From: Candidatus Tanganyikabacteria bacterium
GTDB taxonomy: Bacteria; Cyanobacteriota; Sericytochromatia; S15B-MN24; VGJW01
Assembly (NCBI GenBank): GCA_016867265.1
Contig: VGJW01000010.1
Location: 35,525 to 99,524 of the forward strand
Direction: 5' to 3'
DNA length: 64,000 nucleotides
Of this stretch, positions 60,485-64,000 are shown piece after piece. How positions within the stretch are numbered: position 1 is the stretch's first letter; the number at the start of each line of letters is the position of its first letter. A program made the translations under genes and the position numbers. Below the pieces are notes generated by a model that was not told where the DNA came from, ran no database searches, and saw nothing but the letters and a program-made list of their open reading frames with translations.

Positions 60485-61505
60485 CGCCTCTCCTGCGACC
60501 CCATGGGAGGCCATGGCGGCACCGCGGGGACATCTGCGTTTATCGTGGGTCGGGGCGTGGTTCCGCATGGTGGCATGGACGCTCGCGGCCGTCGGCCTCG
60601 CGGTCTGGTTGTGGGTTCCCGGTATCCGGGTCTGGGCGACGGACCCCGTCGGCACATGGACCGCGCTCGAACTCGAGCAGGTCACGGATGTGTTGGACCG
60701 TGAGTCCCGCCGCGACACCGCGTCTCCGGCCAACAGCCGGATCAAGGCCCGTTCGGGCGAGTTGCGCCGCATCGACGACTTGAGAGCACGCTGGCGTCGC
60801 CTGCGCCTACCGCTGGAGCGCCTCCTGATGGTGATGGCGGCCTGGGGTGCCGGAGGGCTGTTGGCCCTGTTGCTTGTCGAGCCAGGGGGGCAGGCAGCGG
60901 CTCGGGTCGCCCGGATGGGAGGGCTGCTAGGTGTCCTCTGGCTGGTTCTTCAGGCGGGATGGGATGCAGGGGGCGCCTGGTGGCCGATCCTTTGGGTGCT
61001 GCCGGCGACATGGGCCGTCGAGCGCGCCATGCTCCGGTTGCTTCTTCTCAACCGTTGCCCCTGGCCCTTTCCCGCCCATGCACCGCCCGTCGATGCGTGG
61101 CGCCCCCCACACCCCGAAGCGTCAGGCCCTACGGCAGCGGCTCCGCAGTCCGGGGAACCGTCCAGTGCGCCCTTGCCGGCACGCGGGACGGGCGAGTCCC
61201 TGCGCAGCCACGCCGCGCGCTTGCGGGAGTTGGCCCGGCAGAGGCAGGCGTGGCCGGAAAACCGCGTGGCGCCTCCCTTGGGGCGGCGCTGGCGCGAGGC
61301 CTGCGCCAGTGGCACGCCCATCGTCCGCGTCGATCTGGCGCGCGAGGCCTTGTTGGTCCGTCCGGCCTGGCTGGGGCTGATGGCCCATGACGACTTCGAC
61401 GCCGTGAGACAGGCGTTGCTGGAGGAAGGTCCGGAGGGGCGTGCGCGTGTAGGTCGGCCCCTCTGGCGCAAGTCTTTCCTCGGGCGCCTGCATCCGTCGG
61501 TTTGA
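60465..61505 (+). CDS. hypothetical membrane protein (4 predicted TM)
   Basis: Overlaps CCP stop; W-rich hydrophobic segments; no known domain. Confidence 0.4.
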   Translation: MALSAPDASPATPWEAMAAPRGHLRLSWVGAWFRMVAWTLAAVGLAVWLWVPGIRVWATDPVGTWTALELEQVTDVLDRESRRDTASPANSRIKARSGELRRIDDLRARWRRLRLPLERLLMVMAAWGAGGLLALLLVEPGGQAAARVARMGGLLGVLWLVLQAGWDAGGAWWPILWVLPATWAVERAMLRLLLLNRCPWPFPAHAPPVDAWRPPHPEASGPTAAAPQSGEPSSAPLPARGTGESLRSHAARLRELARQRQAWPENRVAPPLGRRWREACASGTPIVRVDLAREALLVRPAWLGLMAHDDFDAVRQALLEEGPEGRARVGRPLWRKSFLGRLHPSV

Positions 61506-61535
61506 GCCTGGCACCTTTGGCGGTATGACGATCGT

Positions 61536-63200
61536 GTGACTATCAGACGATTTCTGATGCGCGCGTGCGTGTTCCTCGGCGTCGCGGCGGGCGGCTCCGC
61601 GCTGTCGGGCTGCGAGGATGCAGCCAACGCGGTGGGCCCAGCCCGGACATCGGCACGCGTGACGACCCAGCCGACGCCCGCGGCTACCGCGCCCCAGGCG
61701 ACGGCGGCGCTGCTTTCCGGGAATGTCCAAGGCCAGATCAAGCTGCCCGGGGGCAAGGCAACGGCCGCGGGCATCGCCATCCATGTCTACCCGCTGGATC
61801 CGGGCGCTCCGGACACCGTGTTCCGCCAGGGCGTCGGGTTGATTTCGAACTCGGCGGGTGCTCTTATCTCCAACTCGGCGGGGGCCCTCGTTTCGAATGG
61901 CGCCGGCATGCGCCGTACGCTGGGCGTCGAAGATGCCCCGGGCGCCGTGACTTACACCGATGCCCAGGGACGCTTCCAACTGGATGTGCCGGCAACGGTG
62001 CGCATCAACGTCGAGGCCGTGGCTTCCGCCGACCTCAAGGTCCTGCTGCGCGACATCGGCGCGGCGTCGGCCTCGCTCAACCTCGAGTTGGCCCCGGTCG
62101 GCACGCTGGAAGGCGTCGTGACGACGACGGCCACGGGTGTCACGGATCTGCTCGATGCCGAGGTCTTCCTGCCCGGCACCTCGTACATCGCCCGCGTCGG
62201 CCAGGGCGGCGTCTTCCGGATACCGGGCCTGCCCGTGGGCAAGCATCCCGTGGTCGTCATCCATCCCGTGCTGGGCCGCGGGGGGGCCACGGTCGACATC
62301 GTCTCGGGCAAGACAGCCAAACTGGCCAACTTGCAGATTGTCACCCAGCCCCCTGTCATTCGCTCACTGTCGTCACAGGTCGGGGCTCCGGGGCTGCGGA
62401 TGCGCCTCGTCGGCGATCACCTGGGTATCGCCTCGGGCAAGTTGCCCGAAGTCTATCTGGGCGGCCTCAGGGCCGAGGCTGCCGTCATCGACGAGGACGA
62501 GCTCTCCTTCGTGGTGCCGGCTGCTGCCCGGTCCGGTCCGCTGGTGGTGTCGGTGGGGGGCTTGGCGAGTGCGCCGACGAATCTGCCCGTCCTGGCTTCG
62601 CTGGCTCTCGAGGCGCGGGACTCCACGGTTCACGCGGGGCCTGTCTTCGAGGACACGGTTTCACTCGGCGTCCGGCGGCGCTACGTGGTGGTTGCCCGGG
62701 ACACCGAAGGCCAGGCGAGGGAGTTGGCCGACGTGCCCTGGTCGTCCACCCAGCCCGACGTGGCGACGGTGGGTCCTGATGGCGTGGTCGTGGCCAAGGC
62801 CCCCGGCCTGGCGTGGATTCAGGTTCGCCTCGGTGACCTGACGTTGCCCCTGCCGCTGGGACTTCAGGTGGTGGAGGCGGTCGCCGGGCTCGAGATCTCG
62901 CGCGATCCGCTCGGCTGGTTGCATACCCGTGCTCCTGACGAGGAGTTGGTCGGTTTGCCCGTGATGGCGACGTTGCTTGCCACGCATCGCATGCAGGATG
63001 GCTCTGCCCGGGAGCTGCCTGTTCATTGGTGGTCGGACGACCCGCGCGTGCGCGTCGTGGACGACAGGCTCGAGGTGCTCGCCGACCAGGCTTCGGGGGA
63101 TGTGTGGGTCTACGGTGCGTCCTTGGCGGATCCGGCTCGTGTCGCGTCGCTGTCGATACCGATCGAGCGCCTGGGTGGTCTTGAGGTGGGTATCCGATGA
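61536..63200 (+). CDS. surface lipoprotein with carboxypeptidase-regulatory-like, IPT/TIG-like and bacterial Ig-like (Big_2) domains
   Basis: Lipobox ALSGC; GRFQLDVPATVRIN and GVFRIPGLPVGKHPVVV (CarbopepD_reg-like); PVIRSL...LSFVVPAAARSGPLVVSVGG (IPT-like); internal SNSAGAL tandem repeat. Confidence 0.55.
   Translation: MTIRRFLMRACVFLGVAAGGSALSGCEDAANAVGPARTSARVTTQPTPAATAPQATAALLSGNVQGQIKLPGGKATAAGIAIHVYPLDPGAPDTVFRQGVGLISNSAGALISNSAGALVSNGAGMRRTLGVEDAPGAVTYTDAQGRFQLDVPATVRINVEAVASADLKVLLRDIGAASASLNLELAPVGTLEGVVTTTATGVTDLLDAEVFLPGTSYIARVGQGGVFRIPGLPVGKHPVVVIHPVLGRGGATVDIVSGKTAKLANLQIVTQPPVIRSLSSQVGAPGLRMRLVGDHLGIASGKLPEVYLGGLRAEAAVIDEDELSFVVPAAARSGPLVVSVGGLASAPTNLPVLASLALEARDSTVHAGPVFEDTVSLGVRRRYVVVARDTEGQARELADVPWSSTQPDVATVGPDGVVVAKAPGLAWIQVRLGDLTLPLPLGLQVVEAVAGLEISRDPLGWLHTRAPDEELVGLPVMATLLATHRMQDGSARELPVHWWSDDPRVRVVDDRLEVLADQASGDVWVYGASLADPARVASLSIPIERLGGLEVGIR
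61842..61910 (+). repeat. imperfect ~24-bp tandem repeat encoding (I/V)SN(S/G)AGA(L/M) x3
   Basis: Seen directly inside the lipoprotein gene. Confidence 0.6.
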
Positions 63201-64000
63201 TGCGCTTGTACGGAACGTTCCTGCTGGCCGTGGCTCTGGTCGGCTGCCGGGTGACGCCTGACGCGACCGTGTTGCCGGCCGTCAACGCCGAGGCGCCCTC
63301 CGTCGTGCCGGCGGCCATTGCCGAAATGCCCGCCCAGGGGTTGCCGGGCAAGGTCCTCGTCAGCATCCAGTGGCCGGGTGCTGGTGGCCGGGGCATCCAG
63401 GCCATGCCCGACTCGGTGCAGGGGGTCCGCGTGTCCATCGAAAAGGTCGCGGGCCAACCCCTCGCGGCCCAGTGGGTGAAGCGGGGTTCCGGCCAAGTCA
63501 CGACCGTGGCCCTCGAGGCACCCTCGGGCGAAGGCTATCGCATCCGTGCCGCAGCCTATTCGGGCTGGAACGAGACGGATCCCGGCAAGCTTCTGGCGGA
63601 CGGGGTGGCGGCCCAGGTGACGGTGCCGTGGGGCAAGGTGGCCAGAGTGACCCTCGACCTCACGCCGGTCAACATGCCGCGCATCGTGTCCGTGGATCTT
63701 GCTGCGGCCGGTCCGGGCGCCCAGCTTGATCTCGGCGTCGCCGGCGCCGGTGAAGCGACCTCAGGCGTCGTCATCTTTCCGTCGGGTCGCGAGGTCGACG
63801 TGGCACTTGCAAGTGGAGCGGCCAGCGTCAAGGTACCGCAGGATGCCGGGGTCGGGTCGTTGCGCCTGCGCGTGGACGGCATCCTCTCGGCGCAGGGGCC
63901 TGTCTTCCGGCAGTTGCGTGACTTGCGAATCGTGGCCCTGGACGATCCCTCGAACGAGTTGCCCGGCCCACGGAATGATCCGGATGACAAGGCTATCCAC
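63197..64000 (+). CDS. lipoprotein (partial, continues beyond window)
   Basis: ATG overlapping previous stop; MMRLYGTFLLAVALVGC lipobox; frame open to the window end, hence absent from the complete-ORF track. Confidence 0.5.
   Translation, partial: MMRLYGTFLLAVALVGCRVTPDATVLPAVNAEAPSVVPAAIAEMPAQGLPGKVLVSIQWPGAGGRGIQAMPDSVQGVRVSIEKVAGQPLAAQWVKRGSGQVTTVALEAPSGEGYRIRAAAYSGWNETDPGKLLADGVAAQVTVPWGKVARVTLDLTPVNMPRIVSVDLAAAGPGAQLDLGVAGAGEATSGVVIFPSGREVDVALASGAASVKVPQDAGVGSLRLRVDGILSAQGPVFRQLRDLRIVALDDPSNELPGPRNDPDDKAIH

Overview
High-GC (about 70%) bacterial chromosomal window, probably close to the replication origin. It is gene-dense and mostly housekeeping, from rpmH-rnpA-yidD-yidC-jag-mnmE at the left edge onward, with a possible dnaA start there too. 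I did not see one unambiguous novel system. Left to right, the main blocks are:
- **Alternative sigma factor region:** a group-3 (FliA/SigF-like) sigma factor with a perfect upstream palindrome, convergent on a REC-PilZ gene translationally coupled to a hypothetical.
- **Hut operon:** seven translationally coupled genes, hutU-hutI-ftcD-hutH followed by a nanE-like epimerase, a ROK kinase and an AMIN-domain protein. It uses a fused formimidoyltransferase-cyclodeaminase (FtcD) instead of HutG.
- **Chaperone operon:** CIRCE element followed by hrcA-grpE-dnaK-dnaJ.
- **Orphan NTPase:** an NB-ARC/STAND-like NTPase divergent from a lipoprotein.
- **Rhodopsin cluster:** a type-1 microbial rhodopsin (DTE motif, Leu at the green-tuning position) behind an AT-rich promoter. 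Downstream are a terminator, a small two-TM protein, a YkgJ-type Cys-cluster protein and a small promoter-driven hypothetical.
- **Chromosome condensation:** smc-scpA-scpB on the minus strand.
- **Polysaccharide locus (about 30.5-59.0 kb):** a PT-repeat mini-lipoprotein with a 12-bp VNTR, a phosphoglycosyl transferase, Wza, gmd-fcl, a WecB-type and three GT4 glycosyltransferases, a glycoside hydrolase, Wzy, Wzx, an acetyltransferase, Wzz and a nucleotide-sugar dehydrogenase. Housekeeping genes are interleaved in it (metK, a divergent ilvC, the MoxR-DUF58-transglutaminase triad, dnaG-rpoD, a Zn-ribbon mini-protein). It also shows low-GC tracts inside gmd and one GT4 gene.
- **Right edge:** a di-haem cytochrome c peroxidase, a membrane protein and Ig-like surface lipoproteins.

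No rRNA, tRNA, CRISPR array or transposon was recognised. Many long antisense ORFs in the track are GC-artefacts and were rejected.
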